From Longimicrobiales bacterium (lineage in GTDB: Bacteria > Gemmatimonadota > Gemmatimonadetes > Longimicrobiales > Gaopeijiaceae): a stretch of DNA of 64,000 nt. The notes below the pieces were generated by a model. It was not told the origin of the DNA. It saw only the letters and a program-made list of their open reading frames with translations, and did not search any database. The stretch covers positions 640,001 to 704,000 of the forward strand of contig CBDAON010000004.1 of NCBI GenBank assembly GCA_965198065.1, written 5' to 3'. Below are positions 20,003 through 31,137 of the stretch, in pieces (the first letter of the stretch is position 1; each line of letters starts with the position of its first letter). A program made the position numbers and the translations under genes.

Positions 20003-22216
20003 CTATTCCAGATCCACGAGCTCCGACTCCCGGAAGGCCTCGCGGCGCTCGACCGACAGCACGCCCTTCACCTGCGAGATCCCCTTCATGACCTTCCTCA
20101 GGTGGTCCAGGTCGCGCACCTCGACGACGAACTCCCCGAGCATCCCGGCGTCCACCGCCCGGATGTCGGCGTGCTGGATGTTCGTCCCGGTGTCGGCGAT
20201 CGAGCGGGCGATGTCCGAGAGGAGCCCCAGCCGGTCGCTCCCCCGCGTATAGAGCTTCACGAGGAAGCGCTCGCCCTCCTCGGCCGTCCACTCGATCTCG
20301 ATCCGGCGATCCGGATCCCTCGACAGGTTCAGGACGTTCGGGCAGTCCCGCCGGTGGATAGATACGCCCCTCCCGATCGTGATGTATCCGATGACGCCGT
20401 CCCCGGGCACTGGCTGACAGCACTGGGAGTAGCGGATCATCAGGTTGTCGAGCCCCTGGATCCGGACACCCGGTTGGGACCGACGGAGCCTCTCCGCGAT
20501 CCGCCGGAGCGGCGACGGGCGGCCGGGCCGGGCCTCCTCGAAACGGTCAGGGAAGAGGATCTTTATGACGGCCGAGGGCCCGAGGTCGCCCCGGCCGAGC
20601 GCCTCGTACACGGCCTCCCAACTCGTCAGCTCGAGCGCCCGCGCGGCGTCCGCGAGGGCCCCCTCGTCCGGTAGCGCGAGCCTTCGCTTCCTCAGCTCCC
20701 GTTCCAGGAACTCCTTCCCCAGCTTCACGGACTGCTGCTGCTCTTCCTGGCGAATCCAGTAGCGGATCCGCTGCCGCGCCCGCGACGTCTTCACGAAGGC
20801 GAGCCAGTCCCGGGATGGGGTCTGCTTGGGAGACGTGAGGATCTCGACCGTGTCCCCGTTCTTGAGCTCGCGCGAAAGGGGCGCGATCCGGCCGTTCACC
20901 TTGGCCCCGGCGCAGTGGAGCCCGATCTCCGTGTGGACGGCGTAGGCGAAGTCGATCGGAGTCGACCCGACGGGCAGCTGCTTGACCTCCCCCTTGGGCG
21001 TGAAGACGAAGACCTCCCCCAGGAAGAGGTCCATCCGAAGGAACTCCATGAACTCCTCTGGCTCGGAGGCCTCCTGATGCCACTCGAGGACCTGACGGAA
21101 CCAGGACAGAGCTTCGTCCACCTCGTCTTCCTTCGAGTCCCCCTCTTTGTAACGCCAGTGTGCGGCGATTCCGTATTCCGCAGTGCGGTGCATCTCTTGG
21201 GTGCGGATCTGGATCTCGTAGCGCCGTCCCCCCGGACCGAAGACGGTCGTGTGGATCGACCGGTACATGTTCGACTTCGGAGTCGCCACGTAATCGTGAA
21301 AGCGCTCCTGAATCGGAGTCCAGTTCGAGTGGATGAGCCCAAGCGCGGCGTAGCAGTTCTGGACCGTGTCGGTGGTCACGCGGATCGCCATCAGGTCGTA
21401 GATCTCCTCGAACGGCTTCCCGCGCTGCTGGATCTTCCGGTTGATGGACCACAGGTGCTTCGGTCGCCCGGTGACCTCCACCGGGATCCCCGCATCTTTG
21501 AGAAGCTCCTCCAGGGGCCGCTGAAAGTCGAGCACCTGACGCTCCCGCTCCGTCCTGCGCCCGTGGACGAGCTTTCGGAGCTCCTCGTACTCCTCGGGCT
21601 CGAGGAACTTGAACGCGAGATCCTCGAGCTCCCACTTCACCTGGGCCATTCCGAGGCGGTGCGCGAGCGGCGCATAGATCTCTCGGGTCTCGCGCGCCAC
21701 GCGCTGCCGCTTGTCCCGCGGGAGGTGCTCGAGGGTCCGCATGTTGTGGAGGCGGTCCGCGAGCTTGATCAGGATCACGCGCGCGTCCTCCGCCATGGAG
21801 AGGAGGAGCTTCCGATAGTTCTCCGCCTGGTGCTCCGACTGGGATCGGAAGCGGACCTTCCCGATCTTCGTCACCCCGTCCACGACCGAGGCGACCTCGT
21901 GGCCGAAGCGCGCCTCGACGTCGGCCAGCGAGTACTGCGTGTCCTCGACCACGTCGTGGATCAGGCCCGCGACGATCGAGGCCGTGTCGAGCCTGAACTG
22001 GGCGAGGATCGTCGCCACCTCGACGGCGTGGCTCACGAACGTCTCGCCCGACGCGCGCCGCTGCCCACGGTGCGCTTCCTCGGCCATCTCGTACGCCTCC
22101 CGGATCTTCGGCACGTCCAGCCGCCGGGCGTACCCCTCCACCGCACGCGCGAACTCGTGCGGGAGGCCGGCGATTGTCTCGGCTCCCGTTGAGGTTGCTT
22201 CGGCGGGAAGGGTCAT
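20003..22216 (-). CDS. spoT: Bifunctional (p)ppGpp synthetase/hydrolase RelA/SpoT
   Basis: HDVVED hydrolase motif, [24 protein letters not shown], and TGS and ACT domains. Confidence 0.96.
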   Translation of the reverse strand: MTLPAEATSTGAETIAGLPHEFARAVEGYARRLDVPKIREAYEMAEEAHRGQRRASGETFVSHAVEVATILAQFRLDTASIVAGLIHDVVEDTQYSLADVEARFGHEVASVVDGVTKIGKVRFRSQSEHQAENYRKLLLSMAEDARVILIKLADRLHNMRTLEHLPRDKRQRVARETREIYAPLAHRLGMAQVKWELEDLAFKFLEPEEYEELRKLVHGRRTERERQVLDFQRPLEELLKDAGIPVEVTGRPKHLWSINRKIQQRGKPFEEIYDLMAIRVTTDTVQNCYAALGLIHSNWTPIQERFHDYVATPKSNMYRSIHTTVFGPGGRRYEIQIRTQEMHRTAEYGIAAHWRYKEGDSKEDEVDEALSWFRQVLEWHQEASEPEEFMEFLRMDLFLGEVFVFTPKGEVKQLPVGSTPIDFAYAVHTEIGLHCAGAKVNGRIAPLSRELKNGDTVEILTSPKQTPSRDWLAFVKTSRARQRIRYWIRQEEQQQSVKLGKEFLERELRKRRLALPDEGALADAARALELTSWEAVYEALGRGDLGPSAVIKILFPDRFEEARPGRPSPLRRIAERLRRSQPGVRIQGLDNLMIRYSQCCQPVPGDGVIGYITIGRGVSIHRRDCPNVLNLSRDPDRRIEIEWTAEEGERFLVKLYTRGSDRLGLLSDIARSIADTGTNIQHADIRAVDAGMLGEFVVEVRDLDHLRKVMKGISQVKGVLSVERREAFRESELVDLE

Positions 22217-22307
22217 AATTCCAAAATAGCGAGGGAAGCTCCTCGCAAGTACGGCGGCCCACGCTCTGCGTGCCGCGGCCGCGGCCACGAGGCCGCCAAG
22301 AGCTTCC

Positions 22308-23021
22308 CTACTCCTCCACTTGCACCGAGAGCCAGGTCCCGTCCGCGACGATCAAGTGGTCCAGTACCCGGATCCCGATCGCCCTCCCGGCCTCGACCAT
22401 CTGGCGGCTCACACGTTGATCCTCGGAGGAGGGGGACGGGTCACCGGACGGATGGTTGTGGACCAGGATCACCGCGGCCGCGTTCTCGGTGATGGCCGGA
22501 CGAAACACCTCCCTCGGATGGATCAGCGAAGCGTCCAGGATCCCTCGGGTGACAGTGACGTCTCGGAGCACCCGGTGCTGCGTGTTCATGAGGAGGGCGT
22601 GGAACTCCTCGTACGGGAGGTCCCGGAGCCTCGGGGCCAGGAGCGCGAAGACGTCCGCGGGGCCCCGGATGCGAGGCCGGTCGGGGAGCCCCTCCACCGC
22701 GGCCCGGCGTCCCAGCTCGAAGGCCGCGAGCAGACGCGCTGCGTTCGCGCCGCCGACCCCCGGGACGCGCTCGAGCTCGGCAGGCGATCGAGAGAGGAGG
22801 GGACGGAGCCGCCCATCCGCAGATCGGAGGACGCGGTCCGCGACGCTGAGCGCCGACCCAGTCGGACCACCCGCGCCGAGCAGGAGGGAGACGAGCTCGC
22901 GGAGGGCCAGCGCCTGGGGTCCCAGGGCGCGGAGCCGCTCCCTCGGCCGCTGGTCCGCCGGGAGATCGCTCAGGACACTCCGCACGCGTACCGGGGCTCG
23001 GGCTCGGGGCCCAGGCACCAA
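22308..23021 (-). CDS. radC: RadC/JAB domain protein
   Basis: RPRERL, HhH motif GVG.A.A, HPREVF, HNHPSGDPSPS.ED and LDHLIV. Start uncertain. Confidence 0.93.
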   Translation of the reverse strand: MVPGPRARAPVRVRSVLSDLPADQRPRERLRALGPQALALRELVSLLLGAGGPTGSALSVADRVLRSADGRLRPLLSRSPAELERVPGVGGANAARLLAAFELGRRAAVEGLPDRPRIRGPADVFALLAPRLRDLPYEEFHALLMNTQHRVLRDVTVTRGILDASLIHPREVFRPAITENAAAVILVHNHPSGDPSPSSEDQRVSRQMVEAGRAIGIRVLDHLIVADGTWLSVQVEE

Positions 23022-23184
23022 GAGCGCGGGCCACCGTGCTCGTGTTGAGCATCCTCGAGGGGCATCACGCGAAGATGGGCCCCGGCTGTCAGCGGCCGAT
23101 CAGTGAGGGCGCGTCACGGCCCCTCACGCGACGGGCTCCGCGTTTCCCTTGGGCGCGATGGCCCGAGACGACGCGCGAGGCCCC

Positions 23185-23751
23185 CTAGGGGTGGCCGAGG
23201 GAGATCGGCAGCAGGGTCGTCCCCCAGTGCAGCGCAAGGACGGCCGACTCGGGCGTCGTGACCGGGAAGTAGAACGCCAGCGTCTCCATGTGGCTGGCTT
23301 CCCGGGGGACGATGTCGATCGTCAGGGCTTCCTGTCCAGCGGGATAGGGTCGATGCTCCACGTCCCAGGCCCGGCTGAACATCACGGTCCACGCGCCGGT
23401 CTCCTGAGGGATGGTCCAGATGCTGTACCGTCCGGCCGCGAGCGTCCGGCCCTCTACCACGATGTCCCTGTCCACCTCGATCCGCGTGGCCTCGTCCGCG
23501 CCCGGGTTCCAAATCGAATCCCATGGCACCAGGGCGCCGAACAGCTCCCGGCCCCGAGCCACGGGTCGATTGTAGACGATCGTGATCTCCGTCGGGCCCA
23601 TCCTCTGCGTGACGCGCGCGGGCTGGCTCACCCGGAAGTCGTCATAGGGGGTCTGGGGCACAATCGGTGGGTCTTGCGCCGAGGCCCGCCCGAAGGAACC
23701 GAGCGTTCCGACAATCGCGAGGCTTAGGATGAAGCGGGGAATGGCTGGCAT
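23185..23751 (-). CDS. DUF2911-type exported protein
   Basis: Signal peptide; SQPA.V.Q..G.TEITIVY.RP.ARGR.LFG.LVP....W..GA.EAT pattern. Confidence 0.8.
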   Translation of the reverse strand: MPAIPRFILSLAIVGTLGSFGRASAQDPPIVPQTPYDDFRVSQPARVTQRMGPTEITIVYNRPVARGRELFGALVPWDSIWNPGADEATRIEVDRDIVVEGRTLAAGRYSIWTIPQETGAWTVMFSRAWDVEHRPYPAGQEALTIDIVPREASHMETLAFYFPVTTPESAVLALHWGTTLLPISLGHP

Positions 23752-23755
23752 CGTC

Positions 23756-25120
23756 TCAACCCACCGACGCAGGTTCCCTCGCCCAGTCGGGCGGCTCGTC
23801 GAAGGCGCTTCGGGCCGGCCTCTCCTCGAAGAAGAATCGCTCCTCCCCGAACGCGGGCTCGAGCTGGTCGAGCCACGTGGCGTGCTCGTCGAAGCGCGCG
23901 AAGAACGGCTTCCGCACCCAGGCGGGGTCCCGGGCCTGGAGGAAGTCCAGCACGAAGACTTCCTCGCCCGCCACCTCGCTCGTACCAAGGATCCTGACCT
24001 TGCCGGGCCATGCCGACATCGACGGCCCCCGCACCGTGCGTGCCAGCCCGCTCACCCGGCGGTAGGCCTGGCGAAAGATCTGGTGGGCGCGGGCCAGGGA
24101 AACCTCGAAGTAGCTCTTGGGACCGGTGTCACGCTCCACGAACATGTAGTAGGGCACCATGCCCATCCGCACGCCCAGTCGCCACATCTCGGCCCATGTG
24201 CCGGGGTGGTCGTTCACGTGCCGGACCAGCGGCGCCTGCATGCGCAGCTCCGCGCCGGCCGCCCTCAGCCGGCGTACCGCTTCCTGCACCAGGGGCGTGT
24301 GTAGCTCCGTGGGGTGAGTGGAGTGCACCATCACGGCGACGTGCCGACCCGAATCCACCACCTCCTCCACAAGGCGGAGGAGATCGTCCGCGTCGTCGTC
24401 CGTCGTGAAACGCTGCGGCCAGTACGCGAGGGCCTTGGTGCCCAGGCGAATCGTCTGCAGGCCCTCGAGTCCGGGATCGAGCAGAGGCTCGACGTAACGC
24501 CGCAGGACGGCGGTCTTCATGATCAGCGGGTCTCCGCCCGTGAAGAGCACATCGCTCACGAGCGGGTGCGCCCTCAGGTACGCTACCAGCTGCTCGCTGT
24601 CGCGAGCCTGGAACTTCAACTCAGGATCACCCACGAACTGCGCCCACCGGAAGCAGTACGTGCAGTACGCATGACAGGTCTGGCCCTGGGCCGGGAAGAA
24701 GAGCACGGTCTCCCGGTACTTGTGCTGGAGGCCCGGAATCCTCTCCCCGTCGAGCTCCGGAACGTTGTCCGACATCTGCCCCGCCGGATGCGGGTTCAGA
24801 CGCCGGCGAATGCGGCCCGCCATCGCTCGGATCTCGGCCTCCGGCCGGCCGCTCAGCACCAAGCCGCGGATGGCCGCGTAGTCCCACTCGTCGAGCATGT
24901 CGCGCTGCGGAAACGTGAGCCGATAGATCGGGTCGTCCGGGACGCGACGCCAGTCGATCAACTCGCGCAGAATGTATTCGTTCGTGCGGAAGGGCAGGAC
25001 GCGAGACACCACTTGGACGGCTTCACGCAGGTCCTCTGGAAGAAGCTGCCAGACGGGATCGCGTACAATGTTGGAGCGGTTGATCGCACGGTAGCGATCA
25101 GAGCTTTCGAGTTTGTCCAT
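23756..25120 (-). CDS. KamA-family radical SAM aminomutase (lysine 2,3-aminomutase-like)
   Basis: HKYRETVLFF, CHAYCTYC (CxxxCxxC), FTGGDP, PYYMF and a PGK candidate PLP lysine. Confidence 0.88.
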   Translation of the reverse strand: MDKLESSDRYRAINRSNIVRDPVWQLLPEDLREAVQVVSRVLPFRTNEYILRELIDWRRVPDDPIYRLTFPQRDMLDEWDYAAIRGLVLSGRPEAEIRAMAGRIRRRLNPHPAGQMSDNVPELDGERIPGLQHKYRETVLFFPAQGQTCHAYCTYCFRWAQFVGDPELKFQARDSEQLVAYLRAHPLVSDVLFTGGDPLIMKTAVLRRYVEPLLDPGLEGLQTIRLGTKALAYWPQRFTTDDDADDLLRLVEEVVDSGRHVAVMVHSTHPTELHTPLVQEAVRRLRAAGAELRMQAPLVRHVNDHPGTWAEMWRLGVRMGMVPYYMFVERDTGPKSYFEVSLARAHQIFRQAYRRVSGLARTVRGPSMSAWPGKVRILGTSEVAGEEVFVLDFLQARDPAWVRKPFFARFDEHATWLDQLEPAFGEERFFFEERPARSAFDEPPDWAREPASVG

Positions 25121-25242
25121 TCGGTCTGCCTTGCAAGAATGAGGCCCTTCTTGACGCTAACGGCTGCGGGGCGGTTCCTCAACCCGACTGGGACGCCTGG
25201 CGGACGGGCCGCCCCAGCCCGCGGAGAGGCGTGGCTTGCCCT

Positions 25243-26133
25243 CTAGCGAAGATGCTCGTTGAAGAAGTCTATGGTCCGTCTCTGTGCAAGCATCGCGGCC
25301 TCTTCGTCGTACCGCGGAGTCGTGTCGTTGTGGAAGCCGTGGTTCACCCCCGGATACATATGCATCGTGTACGTCTCGCCGCTCGAGCGTAAAGCTGCCT
25401 CGAACGCGGGCCATCCTTCGTTGATGCGATCGTCCAGCCCGGCGTATTGAATCAGGAGCGGTGCCTGGATTCGCGGGACGTCTTCAGCCGGTGGTTGGCC
25501 GCCGTAGAAGGGCACGGCCGCTCCCAGGTTCGGAAGACGCACCGCCAGCGTGTTCACCATCCCCCCGCCGAAGCAGAATCCCACCGCACCTACGCGGCCG
25601 GTGCTCGCCGGATGCTCCATCAGGAACTCCGCGGCAGCCACGAAGTCCTCGACCATCGTGGCACGCTCGAGTTGGCCCTGCATGGTACGACCGTCGTCGT
25701 CGTTTCCGGGATAGCCGCCCAGAGGGGTGAGCGCGTCCGGCCCGAAGGCCAGAAAGTCGGCGGCCGCGAAGCGGCGGACCACATCCTCGATGTACGGATT
25801 GAGCCCCCGGTTCTCGTGAATCACGAGCACGGCCGGCTTCGGCTCGGTAGCTGCAGGCCGAGACATGTATCCTCTCATCCTGCCAGAGCCGTTCGGCGAA
25901 TCGTACTCGACGTACTCCGCCTGGATGCGGGCGTCATCGGGCGAGACCTGACGCGCCCAGGCGTAGCGGGGTCGGAGCGCCTCGAGCATGCCGCCCGCGG
26001 TGAGCCCCCCAACCGCGAACTTCGCAGCGCCGTTGAGAAACGCGCGTCGATCGATGATCCCGTGCACGTACTTGTCGAAAAGCTTCAGGACCTCGGGCGG
26101 GAAGTCGCTCGCCTTCATTCGCTCCCGGGACAT
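25243..26133 (-). CDS. Dienelactone hydrolase family protein (YghX-like, Tat-like N-terminus)
   Basis: [28 protein letters not shown] and [12 protein letters not shown] motifs. Confidence 0.93.
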   Translation of the reverse strand: MSRERMKASDFPPEVLKLFDKYVHGIIDRRAFLNGAAKFAVGGLTAGGMLEALRPRYAWARQVSPDDARIQAEYVEYDSPNGSGRMRGYMSRPAATEPKPAVLVIHENRGLNPYIEDVVRRFAAADFLAFGPDALTPLGGYPGNDDDGRTMQGQLERATMVEDFVAAAEFLMEHPASTGRVGAVGFCFGGGMVNTLAVRLPNLGAAVPFYGGQPPAEDVPRIQAPLLIQYAGLDDRINEGWPAFEAALRSSGETYTMHMYPGVNHGFHNDTTPRYDEEAAMLAQRRTIDFFNEHLR

Positions 26134-26242
26134 GGGGCGGCTCCGGATGAGATGAGAGGGCAAGGGTCGGCGCGGACGCAGGACCCTCGGGCCTGGGAAC
26201 GTACCCCGGGTCCGCCGTGCCCAGCAACCCGGGAGACAGAGC

Positions 26243-27115
26243 TCACTCCTCCGCTAGCGCCCCCGCGACGGTAAGGTGATAGACCGTCTGTTGCCGCTCG
26301 TAGATCACGAGCGCCAGCCCCTCCGACTGGGCCTCCCGGAGCACCTGGCTAAATATGGCTCCCAGCTCGCGTGACTTCCTGGCCGAGACCGACTCCAGCG
26401 CGAGGTCTACGATCCGCTCGACGTGCGGCTCGAGCTCTGCCGGCACGCGGGCGAGGATCTCCGGCGGTCGCTCGGCGGGTGGCGCGAAGGCCGCGTAGGA
26501 GAGGTCCACCGTGGTGCCGAACTCGTGCGAGCTCACGCCGGCCGCCGCGTTCGGGTTCGAGCCCCGCAGCCGCTCCTGACCTTCCGACGTGCGCAGAGCG
26601 CTCGTTACCTCGATGCGGTAGGGCGGGAGGCCCATCCCCGCGAGCCGCTCCTGGAACCGCCGCCCGAGCTCCTCGAGCAGGACGTCCACATGGGGCACGA
26701 CGTACGCGGGGGAGGTGCCGGGGCGGACGATCCAGTGAGCGGTACTGTCCACGAGCTGCACCAGGCGTCCCACCGCGAGAAGAGAGTCCCTAGCGGCACG
26801 GTCGGCTACCCGCACGCCCAGCGCGCGGGCACGGGCCACGTGCGCCGCGTTCAGGAGTCGGCGGAGCGCGTCCTCCTCGGCCGGCGTCATAACGGGGAGG
26901 GGCGAGAGGATGTCGTTGGCCGTGCCCGCCGCTCGGTCCGCAAGCCCGACCGCCTGCGACAGGGCTCGTTCGATCTCCATCACGGTCGCCGCGCGCGCAG
27001 CCTCCACGGCCGCCTCCCGCTCCCGTTCCGCTCGACCGCACGAGGTGAGGAGCAGGACCAGAAGCGCCACCCCTCCGACCCTACATCGAAGCACAACCGC
27101 TCCGCCGGCTCTCAA
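26243..27115 (-). CDS. Lipoprotein with M15-like peptidase motif (DUF5715-like)
   Basis: Lipobox LTSC; VTSALRT and [10 protein letters not shown] (SxHxxGxxxD); C-terminal YHLTV. Confidence 0.7.
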   Translation of the reverse strand: MRAGGAVVLRCRVGGVALLVLLLTSCGRAEREREAAVEAARAATVMEIERALSQAVGLADRAAGTANDILSPLPVMTPAEEDALRRLLNAAHVARARALGVRVADRAARDSLLAVGRLVQLVDSTAHWIVRPGTSPAYVVPHVDVLLEELGRRFQERLAGMGLPPYRIEVTSALRTSEGQERLRGSNPNAAAGVSSHEFGTTVDLSYAAFAPPAERPPEILARVPAELEPHVERIVDLALESVSARKSRELGAIFSQVLREAQSEGLALVIYERQQTVYHLTVAGALAEE

Positions 27116-27522
27116 TGGAAGCCTCCTCCCCCACGGGTCTCTTCGTCCTCAGGCCGTCCAGAGATTCGACGCTAGGCACGTGCGAGGCGGCAGGCAAGCT
27201 AGCTGGGCGTCGGTGGCGGCCGAGGACGTGTCTCGGCCTCGCTGCCCCGTCGGCCCCCCGGCAATACTCTATCAGGTCGCTGGGGCTTCACACCCCGCGG
27301 GGCAGGGCTCTCGCGGCCTACTAAGACCTCGAACCGCCGCCGCTGCGGGTACGCCCGGACCGCCGCGCCGATCGCCAGGCCTTTGCCGATGTTCGAGCAG
27401 CGTAGGGTCGCTGGTGTACCTTTCTCCCACATGACTCTCGTCCCCCACATGAGTCTCGGTTAGGTGGCCGCCCGGCTCCTGGTGGTCTCGCGGAGCGGTT
27501 TCGGCAGGACGAGCTCCCTGCC

Positions 27523-30189
27523 ATGAACGGGGAGCCCGATCCCCACCGGCCGCTCCGCGACGACGTCCGGCTCCTGGGGCGCTTGCTCGGAGATACGCTG
27601 CGCACGGTCGAGGGGAGCGCGCTGTTCCAGGCCGTGGAGGACGTCCGGGCGCTGGCAAAGAGCGCGCGGCAGGGGGATGAGGCGGACCTCGAAAAGCTCG
27701 AGCGCATGCTCCAAGACCTGCCGGTGCAAGATGCGCTCACCGTGGCCCGCTCGTTCGCCCATTTCCTCACGCTGGCCAACATCTGCGAGCAGCACCACCG
27801 CATCCGTCGGCGCCGTGACTACGCGAGGGCTGCCGACGCGTCTCCCCAACGCGGATCGTTCTCCGAGGTCTTCGGGCGCATCCTGCGCATGGGGATCCCG
27901 GCGCATCGGCTTCGGGGGGCGATCTCGGGGCTCCGCCTGGAGCTGGTCCTCACCGCGCATCCGACCGAGGTGGTCCGGCGAACGCTGCGTCAGCGTCACC
28001 GCCGTATCGCCGATCTGCTGGCGCTTCGCGACCGACCCGACCTCACCCCCGCCGAGAGGGATGAGTCGCTCGACGATCTGCGCCGCGAAATCGCGGCGGC
28101 TTGGAAGACCGACGAGGTGCGCCATCGGAAACCGACGCCGCTCGACGAGGTTCGCTGGGGCCTCGTGGTGTTCGAGCAGACGCTGTGGGACGCGGTCCCG
28201 GCTACCATGCGGGCGCTGGATCGCGCGCTCCTCGAGTCGACGGGGGAAGGACTGCCTCTCGAGGCGGCCCCGATTCGCTTCGGCTCGTGGATGGGGGGCG
28301 ACCGGGACGGCAATCCGAGGGTAACGCCGGAGGTGACCCGGCAGGCGTGTCTCCTGGCCCGGTGGATGGCAGCCGACCTCTATCTGGGCGAGGTGAGCGC
28401 GCTGCGCGCCGAGCTGTCCATGCGCGACGCCAGCGAGGAGCTGCGAGAGCAGGTGGGCGACTCACCGGAGCCCTACCGCGTGTTCCTGGCATCCGTACGC
28501 GATCGGCTGCGGGCCACCCGCACGGCGGCCGACCTGTCCCTAGAGGGTGAAGAGCTCCCGGCTGGAGGCGAGACCCCGTACCGAACCGCGGACGAGCTCC
28601 AGGAGACGCTCGGAGTGTGCTATCGCTCGCTCGAGCAAACCGGCGCCGGAGTCATTGCGCGTGGCCGGCTCCTCGATCTCCTCCGGCGAGCCGCCTGTTT
28701 CGGGCTCACCCTGGTGCGACTCGATGTCCGGCAGGAGGCCTCCCGTCACACGGACGCCCTGGACGCGATCCGTCGCCGCCTGGGCGAGGGTCCGTACGGA
28801 ACGCTCGACGAGGAAGGGCGCGTGGCGTGGCTCTCCGGTCACCTGACGAGCGGGGGTGGGGGTTTCCGGGCAGCGCTCGAAGCCAGCGACACTTTCGAAG
28901 ATCCGGTGCGGGACGTCCTAGAGACGTTCCGCGGGGCGGCGGCCGAACCCCCCGGTTCGCTCGGCGCCTACGTGATCTCGATGGCTCGGGAGCCGTCCGA
29001 CGTGCTGGCGGTGGAGCTACTCCAGGCGGCGCACTCCGTCACCCCGCCGCTCCGCGTCGTTCCGCTCTTCGAAACCGTGCCCGACCTGCGTCACGCCGGG
29101 AACGTTGTGCGGCAGCTCCTGGCCATTCCCTGGTACCGCAGGCGGATCGGCGGTCGGCAGGAGATCATGATCGGATACTCGGACTCCGCGAAGGACAGCG
29201 GCCGACTCGCGGCGTCGTGGGAGCTCTACCGCGCTCAGGAGGCGATCGTAGCCGCGTGCCGCGACGCGGGCGTGGCCGTGACTCTGTTCCACGGTCGCGG
29301 AGGAACCATCGGTCGCGGTGGCGGGCCCACTCGTCTGGCGATTCAATCGCAACCTCCCGGCTCCGTCGACGGCGTGCTGCGAATCACGGAGCAGGGAGAG
29401 ATGATCCAGGCCAAGTTCGGGCTGTCCGGAATCGCGATCCGAACCCTCGAGGTCTACGTGACGGCAGTCCTGGAGGCGACCTTGCTTCCCGGCCGCGATG
29501 CGAGCCCCAACTGGCCGGCGCTGATGGGAGAGCTGGCCGAGCGCTCGCGCACGGCGTATCGACAGCTGGTCTACGAGCGACCGGAGTTTCTTGAGTACTT
29601 TCGCGCCGCGACACCGGAGCGCGAGCTGGAACACCTGAACGTCGGCAGCCGGCCGGAGCGGCGCACCAAGGGCTCCGGCGTCGATTCGCTTCGAGCCATT
29701 CCCTGGGTTTTCTCGTGGACGCAGACCCGCCTCATGCTTCCGGCCTGGTTGGGCGTCGGCGCGGCGCTCGGCTCGGTAATCGACGAGGGAGGGCTTCCGG
29801 AGCTACGGCGGATGTATCGCGACTGGCCGTTCTTCCGCTCGACCATCGACCTGATCGAGATGGTGCTGGCCAAGGCCTCTCCGGAGATCGCCGCCCGCTA
29901 CGACCGCCTCGTTCCGGACGGACTGCGGTCTCTGGGATTTGACCTCCGCGCGCGCCTCTCGGAGACCACCGACGCCATCCTCCGGGTGACGGAGCACGAC
30001 GAGTTGATCCAGGACAACCCGGTGCTCCGTCGCTCGATCGAGGTGCGGAATCCGTACGCGGACCCCATCAACGTGGTGCAGGTCGAGGTTCTTCGTCGGA
30101 TCCGTCAAGAAGGGGAGCGGCCCGAGCTGCTGGCCGCGTTCGCGGCGTGCGTGAACGGGATCGCGGCCGGGATGCGCAACACGGGTTGA
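27523..30189 (+). CDS. ppc: Phosphoenolpyruvate carboxylase
   Basis: VLTAHPTE, SWMGGDRDGNP, MIGYSDSAKD, FHGRGGTIGRGG, LRAIPW and C-terminal MRNTG. Confidence 0.98.
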   Translation: MNGEPDPHRPLRDDVRLLGRLLGDTLRTVEGSALFQAVEDVRALAKSARQGDEADLEKLERMLQDLPVQDALTVARSFAHFLTLANICEQHHRIRRRRDYARAADASPQRGSFSEVFGRILRMGIPAHRLRGAISGLRLELVLTAHPTEVVRRTLRQRHRRIADLLALRDRPDLTPAERDESLDDLRREIAAAWKTDEVRHRKPTPLDEVRWGLVVFEQTLWDAVPATMRALDRALLESTGEGLPLEAAPIRFGSWMGGDRDGNPRVTPEVTRQACLLARWMAADLYLGEVSALRAELSMRDASEELREQVGDSPEPYRVFLASVRDRLRATRTAADLSLEGEELPAGGETPYRTADELQETLGVCYRSLEQTGAGVIARGRLLDLLRRAACFGLTLVRLDVRQEASRHTDALDAIRRRLGEGPYGTLDEEGRVAWLSGHLTSGGGGFRAALEASDTFEDPVRDVLETFRGAAAEPPGSLGAYVISMAREPSDVLAVELLQAAHSVTPPLRVVPLFETVPDLRHAGNVVRQLLAIPWYRRRIGGRQEIMIGYSDSAKDSGRLAASWELYRAQEAIVAACRDAGVAVTLFHGRGGTIGRGGGPTRLAIQSQPPGSVDGVLRITEQGEMIQAKFGLSGIAIRTLEVYVTAVLEATLLPGRDASPNWPALMGELAERSRTAYRQLVYERPEFLEYFRAATPERELEHLNVGSRPERRTKGSGVDSLRAIPWVFSWTQTRLMLPAWLGVGAALGSVIDEGGLPELRRMYRDWPFFRSTIDLIEMVLAKASPEIAARYDRLVPDGLRSLGFDLRARLSETTDAILRVTEHDELIQDNPVLRRSIEVRNPYADPINVVQVEVLRRIRQEGERPELLAAFAACVNGIAAGMRNTG

Positions 30190-30204
30190 TTTGCAGCGTC
30201 GCCG

Positions 30205-31137
30205 ATGGGCGGTGTACGTAATGGGGTGACCGATCCGATGCGACGAAGCACGGGAGGCCCCGTGCTAGAGGTCCTCGAGGCTCGGATTCTGGAGCGCCCC
30301 AACCTCGTGCATGGCTTCACCACCCGTCATGGCGGGGTGAGCCGCGGTCCATACGCCCACCTGAACCTCTCCGCGTCGTGCGGGGACGGGCACCCGTCCG
30401 TGGCCGAGAACCGCGCCAGAGTCGGCGATGCCCTCGGCCTGGACGTTCTCGCGTTCGCGGACCAGGTCCACGGCAGCTCCGTGCTCACCGTGGATAACGT
30501 GCAGGACGACACGTGGTCGGTCGGGGAGGGCGACGCCCTGATCACGGACCGGCCCGGAATCGGGCTCGTGGCGCAGACGGCCGACTGCACGCCCGTTCTG
30601 ATCTTCGATCCCGAGCGACAGGCCGTGGCGGCGGTGCACTCCGGATGGCGCGGCGTGGTCCGGAACGTGGTGGGCGCTGCCGTGTCGGCCCTCACCACGG
30701 TCTACGGCTCGAATCCGAGCGACCTGGTCGCGGCGCTCGGTCCGGCCATCTCGAAGACTCGCTACCGCGTGGGCCCCGAGGTCCTGGCAGCCGTGGAGAG
30801 GGCCTTCGGCGCGCCGGACGACGGGCTCGTCGGCCCGCGCGACGGGGAGGGGGGCGCCACCCTGGACGTCTCCGAGGCGGTAAGACGCCAGCTGGTCGGA
30901 GCAGGACTCTGGCGGGAGAACGTAGAGCGTCTCGCGATCTGCACCTACGAGGACTCGCGCTTCTTCTCCTCCCGTCGAGCGCGGAAGGGCCCGTTCGGCA
31001 GCCAGGGTGGGATCATCGGTCTCATCGGCCGTCCGTCCGACGCTCGGTCCTTGCGCAATCCCGGGCGCGCGCTGCACCGTGGACGTGGCATCCACGCCGT
31101 TTGGTCAAGAGATGGATCGAGACAACGGAGAATCTGA
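30205..31137 (+). CDS. pgeF: Peptidoglycan editing factor PgeF/YfiH (purine nucleoside phosphorylase LACC1 family)
   Basis: HGFTTR.GGVS, QVHG, TADCTPV and HSGWRG motifs. Start uncertain. Confidence 0.92.
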   Translation: MGGVRNGVTDPMRRSTGGPVLEVLEARILERPNLVHGFTTRHGGVSRGPYAHLNLSASCGDGHPSVAENRARVGDALGLDVLAFADQVHGSSVLTVDNVQDDTWSVGEGDALITDRPGIGLVAQTADCTPVLIFDPERQAVAAVHSGWRGVVRNVVGAAVSALTTVYGSNPSDLVAALGPAISKTRYRVGPEVLAAVERAFGAPDDGLVGPRDGEGGATLDVSEAVRRQLVGAGLWRENVERLAICTYEDSRFFSSRRARKGPFGSQGGIIGLIGRPSDARSLRNPGRALHRGRGIHAVWSRDGSRQRRI

